Source: an uncultured Bacilli bacterium (GTDB lineage: Bacteria > Bacillota_I > Bacilli_A > RF39 > UBA660). Taken from it: 64,000 nucleotides of DNA. Position numbers and translations under genes: made by a program. The stretch covers positions 11,471 to 75,470 of the forward strand of contig CALVRM010000012.1 in NCBI GenBank assembly GCA_944358695.1. The letters are read 5' to 3'. The notes under the pieces were generated by a model. The model did not search any database. It worked only from the letters and a program-made list of their open reading frames with translations, and was not told the origin of the DNA. Below, piece by piece: positions 17,416 through 29,111 of the stretch. The stretch's first letter is position 1. Every line of letters begins with the position of its first letter.

Positions 17416-18081
17416 ATGATCAATAAAAAATGGGATGAAGTCCTAAAAGAAGAATTGCAAAAACCGTATTTTAAAGAACTTGGTATTTTTATAAAAAACG
17501 AATATAATAAAAAAATCATATATCCGGAATATCAAAACATTTTCAACGCATTAAGATATACCGATTACGATGAAGTAAAAGTTGTAATTTTAGGGCAAGA
17601 TCCGTACCATGGCCCTAAAGAAGCCCATGGATTATCTTTTTCAGTAGAAGCCGGTGTTAGAAGACCACCATCATTAGACAACATTTTTAAAGAATTATAT
17701 AATGATTTAGGAATTAAACGTAATAATAATAATTTAACCGACTGGGCCAAGCAAGGCGTATTTCTTCTAAATTCGATCATGACCGTCGTTAAAGACACCC
17801 CTTTAGCTCATAAAGGCAAAGGCTGGGAAATATTTACTGACAACTTAATAAAATATCTAAATAAGAGAAAGCAGCCCATTGTTTTCATTTTCTGGGGCGC
17901 ATATGCGAGAAGTAAAAAAGAGTTAATTACTAATCCTGATCATTATATAATTGAAAGTCCGCATCCTTCACCATTATCAGCCAGTCGTGGATTTTTTGGA
18001 AGTAAGCCTTTTTCAAAAACCAATAATTTTTTAGTTGAACATGGTATTAAACCAATCAATTGGGGTGACAATAATGAATGA
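17416..18081 (+). CDS. ung: Uracil-DNA glycosylase
   Basis: VVILGQDPYHGPKEAHGLSFSV and HPSPLSA motifs. TGA stop. Confidence 0.95.
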   Translation: MINKKWDEVLKEELQKPYFKELGIFIKNEYNKKIIYPEYQNIFNALRYTDYDEVKVVILGQDPYHGPKEAHGLSFSVEAGVRRPPSLDNIFKELYNDLGIKRNNNNLTDWAKQGVFLLNSIMTVVKDTPLAHKGKGWEIFTDNLIKYLNKRKQPIVFIFWGAYARSKKELITNPDHYIIESPHPSPLSASRGFFGSKPFSKTNNFLVEHGIKPINWGDNNE

Positions 18082-19387
18082 AGCATTAGATAAGTTAAGA
18101 GAAAATTTAAAAAACGAAACAGTTGTTGTCGCCACCTCTGGCGGGCCAGATTCTATGGCATTATTAAATCTTGTCAATAGTTTAAAGGACGAATTAAATT
18201 TAAAAGTTGTTTGTGCTCACGTAAATCATAAACTTAGAGTTGAAAGTGAAGCTGAAGCCGCTATGGTAGAAGAATTTTGTACAAAAAATGATATATTTTT
18301 CGAATTTATGACCATTGACTCCTATAAAAATGACAATTTTCATAACGATGCCAGAGAGCAAAGATATGATTTTTTCGAGCAAACTGTAAACAAGTGTAAA
18401 GCCAGACATCTTTTGACAGCCCACCACGGGGATGATTTAACGGAAACAATACTTATGCGTATTGTTAGAGGGTCAAGCTTTAAAGGCTATGCTGGATTCT
18501 CTGAAAAATTACAAAAAAGTAATTATATAATTTTAAGACCACTTATTACTTATACCAAAGAAGAAATCTTAACCTATGTCAAAAATAATAAAATACCTTA
18601 TGCTGTCGATAAATCCAATGAAAAAGATAGTTATACAAGAAATCGTTTTCGTAAATACATTTTACCTCCATTAAAAGAAGAAGAAAAAAATGTCCATCGT
18701 AAATTTTATAAATTTAATAAGACTTTATTAATGTATAATGATTACATTAATAAACAAACAATGAAATATTTAGATCAAGTTTATCAAAATGAAGCTTTAA
18801 ATATTTCAAAGTTTCAAGCCTTAGATCAAGTAATTAGAGATAGAATTATTAATAAAATCTTAGAAAAATATTACCATGATGATTTGAGGAGAATAACGGA
18901 TAAACACACTGAACTTATTGAAAAACTAATTTTTAGTTCAAAGCCCAATCAAACACTTAATCTTCCGAATAATAAATACGCTGTTAAATGTTATAATGAA
19001 TTAAGTATTCAAGAAAATAAAAAAACAGAAAACTATATACTAGAATTAACCGAAGCGATTACTTTACCAAATAATAAAACAATAAAAATAGTATCACAAA
19101 CCAATTGTACCAGTAATAATATTTGTCGTTTAAATACTAAAGAAATAAATTTACCACTTTATATCAGAAACAAAAAAGACGGTGATAAAATCGAACTTAA
19201 AGGTTTAAATGGTACCAAAAAAATTAAAAATATTTTTATTGATGAAAAAGTTCCCATAGCAGAAAGAAATCTTTGGCCACTTCTTGTAGATAGCGAGGAT
19301 ACCGTTCTTTGGATCCCTGGCCTTAGAAAATCGAAATTTGATAAACAAAAAGACGAAAATTATGATATAATATTGGAGTATATCTAA
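18074..19387 (+). CDS. tilS: tRNA(Ile)-lysidine synthetase
   Basis: Start MNEALDK overlapping the ung stop by 8 nt. PP-loop VATSGGPDSMAL. tilS-ftsH synteny. Confidence 0.9.
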   Translation: MNEALDKLRENLKNETVVVATSGGPDSMALLNLVNSLKDELNLKVVCAHVNHKLRVESEAEAAMVEEFCTKNDIFFEFMTIDSYKNDNFHNDAREQRYDFFEQTVNKCKARHLLTAHHGDDLTETILMRIVRGSSFKGYAGFSEKLQKSNYIILRPLITYTKEEILTYVKNNKIPYAVDKSNEKDSYTRNRFRKYILPPLKEEEKNVHRKFYKFNKTLLMYNDYINKQTMKYLDQVYQNEALNISKFQALDQVIRDRIINKILEKYYHDDLRRITDKHTELIEKLIFSSKPNQTLNLPNNKYAVKCYNELSIQENKKTENYILELTEAITLPNNKTIKIVSQTNCTSNNICRLNTKEINLPLYIRNKKDGDKIELKGLNGTKKIKNIFIDEKVPIAERNLWPLLVDSEDTVLWIPGLRKSKFDKQKDENYDIILEYI

Positions 19388-19405
19388 AAAGAAGGGAGTT
19401 TTGTT

Positions 19406-21397
19406 ATGAACAAAAACACTGTGAAAAGAGGATTATTACCTTATCTGTTTTTATTAATTTTTCTATTTGGAATTATGTTTCTCTTTAACACGTTAAATAA
19501 AGAGGTTCATCAAATAACTTATGGTGAGTTTGTTGATGCCGTAGAAAATAAACAGGTAAAAGAAATAAATGTTACTCCACGAAGTCGTGCTAGTATATAT
19601 ACAATCAGTGGAAAATTAAAAGATTATAAGAGTAATGAAACATTTACTTTCAATATGCCTCTTACCAATGAAACGATGGTTAAGTTATTAGAGGCTGAGG
19701 ATCAACAGGGCTTTAAAATGACGACGACTACCGACCCAGAGTCAAGCACATTACTATTATTTATCATGAATGTTTTACCAATGGTATTATTAATAGGTTT
19801 AGGTTTCTACTTTATTACTAGACAAATGGGTGGTAATAATAAATCGATGGATTTTGGTAAAAGTAAAGCTAGATTAACAACCGGCGAAGGAAAAGTTACT
19901 TTTGAACAAGTAGCTGGTCTTACTGAAGAAAAAGAGGAAGTGTCAGAATTAATAGACTTCTTAAAAAATCCTAAAAAATTCCAAAAAATGGGTGCACGAA
20001 TACCAAAAGGCGTTTTATTAGTTGGGCCTCCGGGAACCGGTAAGACTTTACTTGCTAAAGCTGTCGCTGGTGAAGCCAACGTTCCTTTCTACTTTATTAG
20101 TGGTTCTGAATTTGTAGAATTATTTGTTGGAGTTGGAGCCTCACGTGTTCGTGATATGTTTAAACAAGCTAAGCAAAATGCTCCATGCTTAATCTTCATC
20201 GACGAAATAGATGCTGTTGGAAGACAAAGAGGCGCTGGATTAGGTGGCGGTCATGATGAACGTGAACAAACCTTAAACCAATTGCTAACTGAAATGGATG
20301 GATTTGGTGCTAATGAAGGAATTATTATAATTGCTGCGACCAATCGTCCAGATGTTTTAGACCCTGCTTTATTAAGACCAGGGAGATTTGATAGACAAAT
20401 TACTGTAAATTTGCCTGATGCTAAAGGTCGCGAGGAAATATTAAAAGTTCATGCAAAAGGCAAAACCTTTGCTAAAGATGTGACCATGAAAAACGTCGCT
20501 AAAAGAACTGTCAGTTTTAGTGGAGCTGATCTAGAGAATTTATTAAATGAAGCCGCATTACTAACTGTAAGAAGAAACAAGGCGGCAATAACAATGGACG
20601 AAATTGATGAAGCCCAAGATCGCGTTCTTATGGGACCTGCTAAAACCACTCGAAAAATCAGTGATAACGAAGCTAAAATTACAGCCTATCATGAAGCCGG
20701 ACATGCAATTATCGGTTTAAAATTAAATGGCGCTAATGATGTTCATAAAATAACGATTATTCCAAGAGGTCCTGCTTTAGGATATAATATGATGTTACCT
20801 AAAGAAGATCGAGTTTTAGCTACCAAAAAAGATTTATTAGAAGAAATTGCTGGATTATTAGGTGGTCGCGTAGCTGAGGAATTATTATTTAAAGAAAAAA
20901 CCAGTGGTGCTAGTAACGACATCGAAAGAGCGACAAAAATTGCTAGAGCAATGGTTACCGAATATGGTATGAGTGATTTAGGACCAATTCAATTTGAAAG
21001 TCAAGAATCATCAAATGTTTTCCTCGGTAGAGATTATAACAAAAAACAAAACTTTTCATCAGCTGTGGCTAATGAAGTAGACGAAGAAGTTCGAAAAATT
21101 ATTTTGGGTCAATATGAAGTTGCTAAACAACTGATTAAAGACAATATGGATTTATTAGAATTAATTGCGCAGTCTTTATTAAAATATGAAACCATTACCA
21201 AAGAACAAATTGACTACCTTGTAGAAAATGGTCATATGCCAGAAAGTATTGAAGAGGAAGAAGAATCAAATGAGTCTTTAACTGATTTATCAATTGAGGA
21301 GCTAAAAGAAATGGCCAAAGAACAAAAAATAAAAGGCTATACTAAAATGACACAAGAAGAATTAGTTAAAGCACTAAACAACAACAAAAAAGATTAA
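19406..21397 (+). CDS. ftsH: ATP-dependent zinc metalloprotease FtsH
   Basis: Two N-terminal TMs, Walker [12 protein letters not shown] region and HEAGHA zinc site. Confidence 0.97.
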   Translation: MNKNTVKRGLLPYLFLLIFLFGIMFLFNTLNKEVHQITYGEFVDAVENKQVKEINVTPRSRASIYTISGKLKDYKSNETFTFNMPLTNETMVKLLEAEDQQGFKMTTTTDPESSTLLLFIMNVLPMVLLIGLGFYFITRQMGGNNKSMDFGKSKARLTTGEGKVTFEQVAGLTEEKEEVSELIDFLKNPKKFQKMGARIPKGVLLVGPPGTGKTLLAKAVAGEANVPFYFISGSEFVELFVGVGASRVRDMFKQAKQNAPCLIFIDEIDAVGRQRGAGLGGGHDEREQTLNQLLTEMDGFGANEGIIIIAATNRPDVLDPALLRPGRFDRQITVNLPDAKGREEILKVHAKGKTFAKDVTMKNVAKRTVSFSGADLENLLNEAALLTVRRNKAAITMDEIDEAQDRVLMGPAKTTRKISDNEAKITAYHEAGHAIIGLKLNGANDVHKITIIPRGPALGYNMMLPKEDRVLATKKDLLEEIAGLLGGRVAEELLFKEKTSGASNDIERATKIARAMVTEYGMSDLGPIQFESQESSNVFLGRDYNKKQNFSSAVANEVDEEVRKIILGQYEVAKQLIKDNMDLLELIAQSLLKYETITKEQIDYLVENGHMPESIEEEEESNESLTDLSIEELKEMAKEQKIKGYTKMTQEELVKALNNNKKD

Positions 21398-21404
21398 TTA
21401 TAAA

Positions 21405-21436
21405 AAATGCAGACCAAACTAAGGCTGCATTTTTTA
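21405..21436. terminator. Bidirectional intrinsic terminator between convergent ftsH and gpsA
   Basis: A-run, AATGCAG...CTGCATT hairpin, T-run. Confidence 0.75.
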
Positions 21437-21469
21437 TAAACCATTTTTTAATATTTAGCTGTATATTTA

Positions 21470-22441
21470 TTATGGTTTTTCAATTAGAAACTCTACTAAA
21501 TCTTTTGGTTTTTTATTTCCATAAATAATTTCGTCAATCAAATCAATAATTGGCATTTCGACATTACGGCCTTGAATTAATTGATGAATTGATTTTAAAG
21601 TATATAAACCTTCAATTGTTGTGTTTTTAATATAATCGGCAATTTCTTCTTGACTAGCTCCACTACCAATTAGATGTCCAAAAGAATAGTTACGACTCTT
21701 CGGACTAGTAGCTGTCAATAGTAAGTCGCCAAATCCGGCAAACGATAAAATAGTACTACCATTTCCGCCTAATCCTTTGACCAGTTCTTTAATGTCATGG
21801 ATTGACTCGGTGATAAACATTGCCGAAGTGCTTTCAGGCATTCCCATTCCATCTAAAATTCCAGCTGCAATAGCAATAACATTTTTAATCGAGCCACAAA
21901 TTTCTGTGCCAATTATATCACTACAAACTCTTAGCTTAAAATGGTCATTACAAAAAGCTTGAGTAATTATTTCAGTTGTCTCCTTGTGCTGGCAAGCTAA
22001 AGTAAGACCAACGGGAACTTTATTGGCTACATCTATTGCAAAAGAAGGGCCAGAGAAAGCAGCAATTTTGTCAGTATTTAAAATTTTTTGAACAATATCG
22101 GAAATAAATAGACAGCTGCCTTGTTCAATTCCCTTAGAAGCAATACATATTGGTATATTTTTAATAAACTCTTTCGCTTTTATTAAGGTTTCCGTGACAA
22201 AAGCCGTTGGAATAGCTATTAAAATAAATGCCGCACCATCGCAAGCTTCCTTTAAATTATTAGTAAATTTAATATCTTGTGGCAAAACAACCCCTGGCAG
22301 TTTAGGGGCAATTCTTGTTTTGTTAAGTTCTTTGGCTTCTTCTTCGAAAGCAGTCCATGCCACAACTTCATTTTTATTTTCGCTTAAAATCATTGATAAT
22401 GCTGAACCATAAGCTCCGCATCCTAAAACACATACTTTCAT
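21470..22441 (-). CDS. gpsA: NAD(P)H-dependent glycerol-3-phosphate dehydrogenase
   Basis: MKVCVLGCGAYGSALS Rossmann N-terminus, GSIKNVIAIAAG motif, 323 aa. Confidence 0.9.
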   Translation of the reverse strand: MKVCVLGCGAYGSALSMILSENKNEVVAWTAFEEEAKELNKTRIAPKLPGVVLPQDIKFTNNLKEACDGAAFILIAIPTAFVTETLIKAKEFIKNIPICIASKGIEQGSCLFISDIVQKILNTDKIAAFSGPSFAIDVANKVPVGLTLACQHKETTEIITQAFCNDHFKLRVCSDIIGTEICGSIKNVIAIAAGILDGMGMPESTSAMFITESIHDIKELVKGLGGNGSTILSFAGFGDLLLTATSPKSRNYSFGHLIGSGASQEEIADYIKNTTIEGLYTLKSIHQLIQGRNVEMPIIDLIDEIIYGNKKPKDLVEFLIEKP

Positions 22442-22579
22442 AACATCACCCTAAAATTAATTATACAACAACTGAAAGTCTTAATCAATAGACACTATAA
22501 TTGTCAATTAAATTTAAAAGCACTAAAAGAAAAAGCTAGCTATGATATAATAAAAAATAAGAATGGAGGTAATAAAAAT

Positions 22580-23422
22580 ATGCCAAGTATAAATAAATCT
22601 TTAAACCGAAAAAGATGCAATAGATCCAAAAAACAAAAAAACTTTATTGTTATTATTATCTTTTGTCTTTTAGGAGTTGTTGGTTATTTTATTTATGATA
22701 GTTTTTTCGGCAAAGAAAATGGCGAAAATCTAAAGGATAAAAATCAAGAAATACAAGAAGAAAACTTGAATACTGTTGCCGAAAAGCTAGTTACGGTAAT
22801 AGAAGATAGTAATGTATGGCGGATGATTGCTATAAAGCAAGATGTTAAAAGATTAGATTTTAATAGAGATTTTATCGATAATGATATATTAACAGCAGCT
22901 ATTTATGCAGTGGGTAATTGTTTAAATAATCGAAGTTGTTCTTCTTTACCAGCTTCAACTTTGGATAATTACTTTAAAACAAACTTTGGAATATCCAATA
23001 TAGACTATAAAACAATTATTTGCCCTATTGATAAGAAACCAATTTATAAATACAATAATTTAACTCAAGAATATATTTTTACCGGTGATCACCCGCATGA
23101 CGGATTAGCTAAAGGCAGTCAACCGATCTATATAAAAATAAATAATATTGAAAATGATAAAAACAATTATATATTAACGACAACGGAAATTTATAATAAT
23201 ATGCGTGATAATGAATTTATATCTGCTGATCAAACAGGAAAGGTAAAAATTGCTGATTATTCTGACTATATTAACGACGAAGGAAATATAAATATTAATA
23301 AGTTAATCACTGATTATGAAAATGATTTTGGAAACCAAAGTTTTAACTATCCCAAGTATAAGTACACTTTTAAGAAAGTTCGCGGGGAATATTATTTAAC
23401 AAAATATGAGATTATAAGCTGA
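22580..23422 (+). CDS. Hypothetical N-terminally anchored extracytoplasmic protein
   Basis: Basic N-terminus plus one TM (FIVIIIFCLLGVVGYFIY). SD GGAGGT. No family recognised. Confidence 0.5.
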   Translation: MPSINKSLNRKRCNRSKKQKNFIVIIIFCLLGVVGYFIYDSFFGKENGENLKDKNQEIQEENLNTVAEKLVTVIEDSNVWRMIAIKQDVKRLDFNRDFIDNDILTAAIYAVGNCLNNRSCSSLPASTLDNYFKTNFGISNIDYKTIICPIDKKPIYKYNNLTQEYIFTGDHPHDGLAKGSQPIYIKINNIENDKNNYILTTTEIYNNMRDNEFISADQTGKVKIADYSDYINDEGNININKLITDYENDFGNQSFNYPKYKYTFKKVRGEYYLTKYEIIS

Positions 23423-23453
23423 AAAACAAGATCTTAGATGAACTTGTTTTTTT
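23423..23453 (+). terminator. Intrinsic terminator
   Basis: AAACAAG-loop-CTTGTTT followed by a T-run. Confidence 0.7.
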
Positions 23454-23498
23454 GTGCAAAAAAATGTCAAATAAATTTAAAAAAGTTCTAAAAAAGCC

Positions 23499-23661
23499 TT
23501 GATTTTCATAGAATAATCATGTATACTTTTGAATGTGTGGCGTGCGATGATGTGTGAGGTTGCCGAGACGCTAGGTTAAGTTGCAAACGTTTGCAATGGC
23601 ATACTCGGGTTTTTACACGGAGCAGTCTATACTAAAGATATAGGCGAAAGGAGGATACAAT
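23499..23661 (+). promoter_or_regulatory. S10-operon promoter and structured, locally GC-rich 5' leader
   Basis: TTGATT-17-TATACT (23499-23527). The leader contains the palindromic hairpin UUGCAAACGUUUGCAA nested in CCGAG...CUCGG followed by GUUUUU. Confidence 0.5.
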
Positions 23662-23970
23662 ATGTCTAAAACTAAAGTTCGTATCAGACTTAAGGCGTTT
23701 GAACACAAAAACTTAGATAAAGCTTGTGCTAAAATCGTTGAGACTGTAAAAAGAACTGGCGGTGAAGTAAGTGGACCAATTCCACTACCAACTGAAATTG
23801 AAAAAATAACAATTTTAAGAGCTGTTCATAAATATAAAGATTCACGTGAACAATTCGAAAAAAGAACACACAAGAGACTTATTGATATCAATAACCCAAG
23901 CAAGGAGACTATCGATGCTCTATCGCATCTAGATATTCCAAGCGGCGTTGATATTCAAATTAAATTATAG
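23662..23970 (+). CDS. rpsJ: 30S ribosomal protein S10
   Basis: [14 protein letters not shown]...DSREQFE...HKRLIDI; first gene of the S10 operon. Confidence 0.97.
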   Translation: MSKTKVRIRLKAFEHKNLDKACAKIVETVKRTGGEVSGPIPLPTEIEKITILRAVHKYKDSREQFEKRTHKRLIDINNPSKETIDALSHLDIPSGVDIQIKL

Positions 23971-23981
23971 GAGGAATGGAA

Positions 23982-24743
23982 ATGAAAGGAATCTTAGGTC
24001 GTAAAATTGGGATGACTCAAGTGTTTGATCAAGATGGTAAATTAACGCCAGTAACCGTTGTTGAAGTAACACCAAACGTTGTTACGCAAATTAAAACTAA
24101 AGCCAACGATGGTTATGATGCTATCCAACTTGGATTTGACACAAAGAGAGAAAAGTTAGCGACAAAAGCTTCAGCTGGGATTACAGCTAAAGCAAACACT
24201 ACACCTAAGCGCTTCTTTAAAGAAATTAGAGGTGTTAATGTTGAAGACTATACTTTAGGTGAGGAAATCACAGCTGATATCTTTGCTAGAGGAGAAGTCG
24301 TTGATGTAACTGGAACTTCAAAAGGTAAAGGGTTCCAAGGTGTTATTAAAAGACACGGACAACACAGAGGCCCTATGGGGCACGGTTCACACTACCATAG
24401 ACGTCCAGGTAGTATGGGAACAATGAGACCAATGCGTGTATTTAAAGGTAAAAAATTACCAGGTCATATGGGAGTTAACACTGTAACTATTCAAAATTTA
24501 GAAATCGTTGCAGTAGATGTTGAGAATAATGTAATTTTAGTTAAAGGAAATATTCCTGGACCTAAAAAAGGATTAGTAATCATTAAAAGTGCTGTTAAAA
24601 AACCTAATAAAGTTAACGAAAGACCTGAATTAATTTCTTGGGTTACTGAAGAAACTCCAGTAGAAGCCTTAGAAACAGTAGAAACTGAAGCACCTTTAGA
24701 AAACGCAGAAGCTCAAGTTGAAACTACTGAGGAAGAAAAGTAG
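23982..24743 (+). CDS. rplC: 50S ribosomal protein L3 (with acidic C-terminal extension)
   Basis: [15 protein letters not shown]. The second ATG is chosen for SD spacing. The E/T-rich tail is not typical of L3. Confidence 0.95.
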   Translation: MKGILGRKIGMTQVFDQDGKLTPVTVVEVTPNVVTQIKTKANDGYDAIQLGFDTKREKLATKASAGITAKANTTPKRFFKEIRGVNVEDYTLGEEITADIFARGEVVDVTGTSKGKGFQGVIKRHGQHRGPMGHGSHYHRRPGSMGTMRPMRVFKGKKLPGHMGVNTVTIQNLEIVAVDVENNVILVKGNIPGPKKGLVIIKSAVKKPNKVNERPELISWVTEETPVEALETVETEAPLENAEAQVETTEEEK

Positions 24744-24754
24744 GAGGATAAAAC

Positions 24755-25378
24755 ATGAAAAAGAATTCTGTATTAAATATTAAAGGCGAAAAAGTTGGCG
24801 ACATCACTTTAAATGAAACAGTATGGGGAATTACTCCTAATGATGCTGTATTATATGATGCTATTACTTTAGCTAGAAATTCTCAAAGGCAAGGTACTCA
24901 TAGTACAAAAACACGTAGTGAAGTAAGTGGAGGCGGCAGAAAACCTTGGAGACAAAAAGGCACTGGACACGCAAGACAAGGTAGCACTAGAGCTCCACAA
25001 TGGCCAGGAGGCGGAATAGTCTTTGGACCAAAGCCAAGAACTTATAATAAAAAGATGAACAGAAAAGAAAGAGTGTTGGCTCTTAAATCTGCTTTATCTT
25101 ATAAAGCTCAAGATAAAGAAATTATTGTATTGGATAATTTAAATATTGAAACAAACAAAACAAAAGATATGCTTAAAATTTTAGAAGCAATCAAAGCAAA
25201 AAAGAACGTTTTAATCGTAGTTAGTGAACTTACAGATAATGTAATTTTGAGCACTCGTAATATTCCAAATGTTGTATTATTACAAAATAATGAAATCAGC
25301 ACATTGGATATTATTGCTGCTGACACTTTAGTAATCACTGAAGATGCGGTTAAAGCAATAGAGGAGGTGCTTGCATAA
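24755..25378 (+). CDS. rplD: 50S ribosomal protein L4
   Basis: [19 protein letters not shown] motif; operon order. Confidence 0.97.
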   Translation: MKKNSVLNIKGEKVGDITLNETVWGITPNDAVLYDAITLARNSQRQGTHSTKTRSEVSGGGRKPWRQKGTGHARQGSTRAPQWPGGGIVFGPKPRTYNKKMNRKERVLALKSALSYKAQDKEIIVLDNLNIETNKTKDMLKILEAIKAKKNVLIVVSELTDNVILSTRNIPNVVLLQNNEISTLDIIAADTLVITEDAVKAIEEVLA

Positions 25379-25653
25379 TGGAACATAGAGACGTTATAAA
25401 AGCTCCAATCATTACAGAAAAAACTTCTGATTTAGCAAACAATAACACAATCGTCTTTAGTGTCGACACTAGAGCCAACAAAACGCAAATTAAACAAGCG
25501 GTGGAGGCTATTTTCGATGTTAAAGTTGAAAGTGTAAATACTATCAACGTCAAGCCTAAGAAAAAAAGAGTAGGTCGTTACGCTGGTAAAACTAATAGAG
25601 TAAAAAAAGCAATTGTTAAATTAAAAGAAGGAAGTTCAATCGAACTTAATTAA
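25378..25653 (+). CDS. rplW: 50S ribosomal protein L23
   Basis: TAATG overlap with rplD; [12 protein letters not shown]-terminus. Confidence 0.95.
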   Translation: MEHRDVIKAPIITEKTSDLANNNTIVFSVDTRANKTQIKQAVEAIFDVKVESVNTINVKPKKKRVGRYAGKTNRVKKAIVKLKEGSSIELN

Positions 25654-25671
25654 ACTTAAGGGAGGATACAT

Positions 25672-26502
25672 ATGGCGATCAAATCATATAAACCAACAAC
25701 TAATGGTCGACGTGGCATGACAACTTTAGTTAACGAAGAAATTACGAAAACAACCCCAGAAAAATCATTAGTTGTTACAATTAAGAAAAAAGCTGGTCGT
25801 AACAACCAAGGTCGAATCACTGTAAGACACCAAGGTGGTGGAGCTAAAAGAAAATATCGTATCATCGATTTCAAAAGAAATAAAGATGGTGTTATTGGAA
25901 CCGTAGCTTCAATTGAGTACGACCCAAACAGAAGTGCTAACATTGCTTTAATTAATTATGCCGATGGAGAAAAAAGATATATTATTGCTCCAAAAGGTTT
26001 AAAAGTTGGAATGAAAATTGAAAGTGGAGAAAATGCCGATATTAAAGTTGGTAATTGTCTTCCGCTAGCAAACATTCCAGAAGGAACTTTAGTTCACAAT
26101 ATTGAAATGAGACCTGGCAAAGGTGGCCAAATGGCAAGAAGTGCTGGAGCTAGTGTTCAAATATTAGGACGCGAAGGCAACTACACTTTGCTACGTTTAA
26201 CAAGTGGTGAAGTTAGAAAAGTCTTAAGCGTATGCCGTGCAACAATCGGCGAAGTTGGCAATGCTGATTATGAATTAGTAAACATCGGTAAAGCCGGAAG
26301 AAAAAGACATATGGGTGTTAGACCAACTGTTCGTGGTTCAGTTATGAACCCTAATGACCATCCACACGGTGGTGGTGAAGGACGCGCGCCAATTGGACGC
26401 AAAGCGCCAATGACTCCATGGGGTAAACCAGCCCTTGGATATAAGACACGTAATACTAAGAAAGCTTCAAGTAAGTTAATTGTACGTCGTCGTAAAAAAT
26501 AA
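25672..26502 (+). CDS. rplB: 50S ribosomal protein L2
   Basis: [14 protein letters not shown]...HPHGGGEGR motifs. Confidence 0.98.
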   Translation: MAIKSYKPTTNGRRGMTTLVNEEITKTTPEKSLVVTIKKKAGRNNQGRITVRHQGGGAKRKYRIIDFKRNKDGVIGTVASIEYDPNRSANIALINYADGEKRYIIAPKGLKVGMKIESGENADIKVGNCLPLANIPEGTLVHNIEMRPGKGGQMARSAGASVQILGREGNYTLLRLTSGEVRKVLSVCRATIGEVGNADYELVNIGKAGRKRHMGVRPTVRGSVMNPNDHPHGGGEGRAPIGRKAPMTPWGKPALGYKTRNTKKASSKLIVRRRKK

Positions 26503-26518
26503 GAAAGGATGATTATAA

Positions 26519-26797
26519 ATGGCTAGAAGTTTAAAAAAAGGACCTTTCGTTGATGAACACTTAATGAAAAAGGTTGCTGCATTAAATGAATCTGGAAAAA
26601 AAGAAGTAATTAAAACATGGTCTCGCCGTTCTACAATTTATCCTGAATTTATTGGACACACATTTGCTGTTCATAATGGTAAAGAATTTATTCCTGTTTA
26701 TGTAACAGAAGATATGGTTGGACATAAATTAGGAGAATTCTCATTAACACGTAAATTTGGTGGTCACGGCGACGACAAGAAAAAAGGTAAAAAATAA
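26519..26797 (+). CDS. rpsS: 30S ribosomal protein S19
   Basis: [15 protein letters not shown]...HNGK.F.PVY. Confidence 0.98.
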   Translation: MARSLKKGPFVDEHLMKKVAALNESGKKEVIKTWSRRSTIYPEFIGHTFAVHNGKEFIPVYVTEDMVGHKLGEFSLTRKFGGHGDDKKKGKK

Positions 26798-26815
26798 CCA
26801 GAAAGGATGATATAA

Positions 26816-27151
26816 ATGGAAGCAAAAGCAATTGCTAAGGGCGTTAGAATCGCTCCAAGAAAAGCTCGTCTGGTTATCGATTTAATACGTGGTAAGGACG
26901 TAGCTGAAGCTGATAAGATTTTAGCAAACCTTAATAAAGAAGCTTCAAGATTAATTCGTAAAGTTTTAACATCAGCTACCGCTAATGCTGAAAATAACTT
27001 AGAGTTAGACAAAGAAAATCTTTATGTTAAAGAAGCTTATATAAATGAAGGTAAAACAATGAAAAGAGGTAGGGCAGGAGCAAAAGGAAGCCCTAAACCT
27101 ATTTTAAAAAGAACAAGTCATATTACAGTAGTTGTAAGTGAAAAAAATTAA
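26816..27151 (+). CDS. rplV: 50S ribosomal protein L22
   Basis: [17 protein letters not shown] motif; operon order. Confidence 0.97.
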   Translation: MEAKAIAKGVRIAPRKARLVIDLIRGKDVAEADKILANLNKEASRLIRKVLTSATANAENNLELDKENLYVKEAYINEGKTMKRGRAGAKGSPKPILKRTSHITVVVSEKN

Positions 27152-27168
27152 ACGAAGGAGGTAAACTG

Positions 27169-27849
27169 ATGGGTCAAAAAGTTAGTCCGGTCGGACTTAG
27201 AATTGGTATCAACAAAGGTTGGGAATCAAATTGGTATGCCGAAGGTAAAGATTTTGCTAAATACTTAAATAATGATTACCAAATACGTAAATTTCTAGAG
27301 AAGAAATTAAAAGACGCAGCAGTTTCAAATATTCTTGTTGAAAGAAGCGCCGGTAAAACTGAAGTTATTATCAACACCGCTAAACCAGGTGTGGTAATTG
27401 GTCACGGCGGAGATGAAATTGAAAAGTTAAAAAAAGAATTATCTAAAGTTGTTAATGAAGATATTCATATTTCAATTAAGGAAATTAAAAACCCTAATAT
27501 GGTAGCGGCACTAGTAGCTGAAAATATTGCTCATCAAATTGAAAATCGTGTATCATTTAGAGTAGCTCAAAAGAAAGCGATTAGAAATGTAATGAAATCA
27601 GGAGCAAAAGGAGTTAAGACTTTAGTATCTGGACGTTTAAATGGCGCAGAAATTGCTAGAAGCGAAGGATATACTGAAGGAACAGTTCCACTTCATACTT
27701 TAAGAGCTGATGTAGATTATGCTCACAAAGAAGCAAATACCGTTTATGGTAAAATCGGCGTTAAAGTATGGATTTATAAAGGAGAAATCCTTCCTGAAAA
27801 GAAAAATAAGGGAGGTAATAACGATGGCAGTCATTCCAAAGAAAACTAA
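27169..27849 (+). CDS. rpsC: 30S ribosomal protein S3
   Basis: [14 protein letters not shown]...KH domain...[10 protein letters not shown]. Confidence 0.98.
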   Translation: MGQKVSPVGLRIGINKGWESNWYAEGKDFAKYLNNDYQIRKFLEKKLKDAAVSNILVERSAGKTEVIINTAKPGVVIGHGGDEIEKLKKELSKVVNEDIHISIKEIKNPNMVAALVAENIAHQIENRVSFRVAQKKAIRNVMKSGAKGVKTLVSGRLNGAEIARSEGYTEGTVPLHTLRADVDYAHKEANTVYGKIGVKVWIYKGEILPEKKNKGGNNDGSHSKEN

Positions 27850-28255
27850 ATATCGTCGTCCACATCGTTTAAGATATGATGGCGAAACTAGAGGAAACAA
27901 AGTAGTCCATTTTGGAGAATATGGTTTACAAGCCAAAGAAGGCGCTTGGATTACTCAACGCCAAATCGAAGCAGCTCGTGTAGCCATGACTCGTTATATG
28001 AAACGTGGCGGAAAAGTTTGGATTAACATTTTCCCACACTTGTCATTAACCAAAAAACCTCTTGAAACACGTCAAGGTAAAGGTAAAGGAGCTCCAGAAG
28101 AATGGGTTGCAGTAGTGAAAAAAGGGAAAGTTATGTTCGAAGTAGCCGGAGTAAGTGAGGAAGTAGCACGCGAAGCTTTGCGTTTGGCAATGCATAAACT
28201 TCCAATCAAGTGTAAGTTTGTAAAGAAAGAAAGTGGTGAGGCCGATGAAAAGTAA
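27824..28255 (+). CDS. rplP: 50S ribosomal protein L16
   Basis: Start [15 protein letters not shown] after SD AAGGGAGG, overlapping the rpsC end. The ORF-track start at 27719 lies inside rpsC. Confidence 0.95.
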   Translation: MAVIPKKTKYRRPHRLRYDGETRGNKVVHFGEYGLQAKEGAWITQRQIEAARVAMTRYMKRGGKVWINIFPHLSLTKKPLETRQGKGKGAPEEWVAVVKKGKVMFEVAGVSEEVAREALRLAMHKLPIKCKFVKKESGEADEK

Positions 28256-28439
28256 TGAATTAAGAGAATTAAGCGATGAAGATTTAAAAGCTAAAATCGC
28301 TGAATGTAAAGAAGAATTATTTAATCTACGTTTCAGCCAAGCTACTGGTAGTCTTGAAAAGCCAGCTAGAATTAAAGAACTTAGAAAGGCTGTCGCACGT
28401 ATGAAAACGATCTTACGTGAACGCGAAATGCAAGACTAG
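28245..28439 (+). CDS. rpmC: 50S ribosomal protein L29
   Basis: [18 protein letters not shown]...ELFNLRFQ-like; overlaps the rplP stop. Confidence 0.95.
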   Translation: MKSNELRELSDEDLKAKIAECKEELFNLRFSQATGSLEKPARIKELRKAVARMKTILREREMQD

Positions 28440-28448
28440 GAGGTTATT

Positions 28449-28703
28449 ATGGAAAGAAAACATGAATTAATCGGAAAAGTAGTAAGTGCTTCTAATGACA
28501 AAACAATCACAGTTTTAGTTGAAACTTACACAAAGGCAAAACTTTATGGTAAAAGAGCAAAATACTCTAAAAAATATGCTGCGCACGATGCAAAAAATGA
28601 AGCTGCTGTTGGGGACACAGTAAAAATTGTCGAGACTAGACCACTATCAAAAACTAAACACTATCGTTTAGTAGAAATAGTTGAAAAAGCAGTTATTTTA
28701 TAA
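28449..28703 (+). CDS. rpsQ: 30S ribosomal protein S17
   Basis: [17 protein letters not shown]...HDAKNEA.VGD.V.I.ETRPLSK. Confidence 0.97.
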   Translation: MERKHELIGKVVSASNDKTITVLVETYTKAKLYGKRAKYSKKYAAHDAKNEAAVGDTVKIVETRPLSKTKHYRLVEIVEKAVIL

Positions 28704-28725
28704 CTCAAAATAAAGGAGGAATAAT

Positions 28726-29094
28726 ATGATTCAACCAGAAACCGTATTAAAAGTAGCTGACAATTCTGGTGCTCGCAAACTGTTAGTCATTGGAGTATTA
28801 GGAGGCAGCAAAGTTAAAACCGGTAATATTGGAGATATAGTTGTCGGAACTGTTAAACAGGCAACACCAAACGGTACTGTTGGCAAAGGAAAAGTTGTTA
28901 AAGCAGTCATCGTTAGAACAAAACAAGGTTTAAGAAGAGAAGATGGGTCTTATATCAAATTTGATGACAATGCATGCATTATTATCAAAGACGATAAATC
29001 GCCAGTTGGAACTCGCGTTTTTGGACCTGTCGCACGTGAATTACGTGAGAAAGATTTTATGAAAATAGTATCACTTGCTAAAGAAGTACTATAA
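28726..29094 (+). CDS. rplN: 50S ribosomal protein L14
   Basis: [18 protein letters not shown]. Confidence 0.98.
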   Translation: MIQPETVLKVADNSGARKLLVIGVLGGSKVKTGNIGDIVVGTVKQATPNGTVGKGKVVKAVIVRTKQGLRREDGSYIKFDDNACIIIKDDKSPVGTRVFGPVARELREKDFMKIVSLAKEVL

Positions 29095-29111
29095 TCGTTT
29101 GGAGGAATAAT

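Noticed and set aside
19388-19405. Missing hprT between tilS and ftsH, and missing rnmV between the yabE-like gene and rsmA, relative to B. subtilis
   Set aside because: This is real as an observation, but such small synteny differences are common between Firmicute lineages. No remnant sequence is visible, so it is not reported as a finding.
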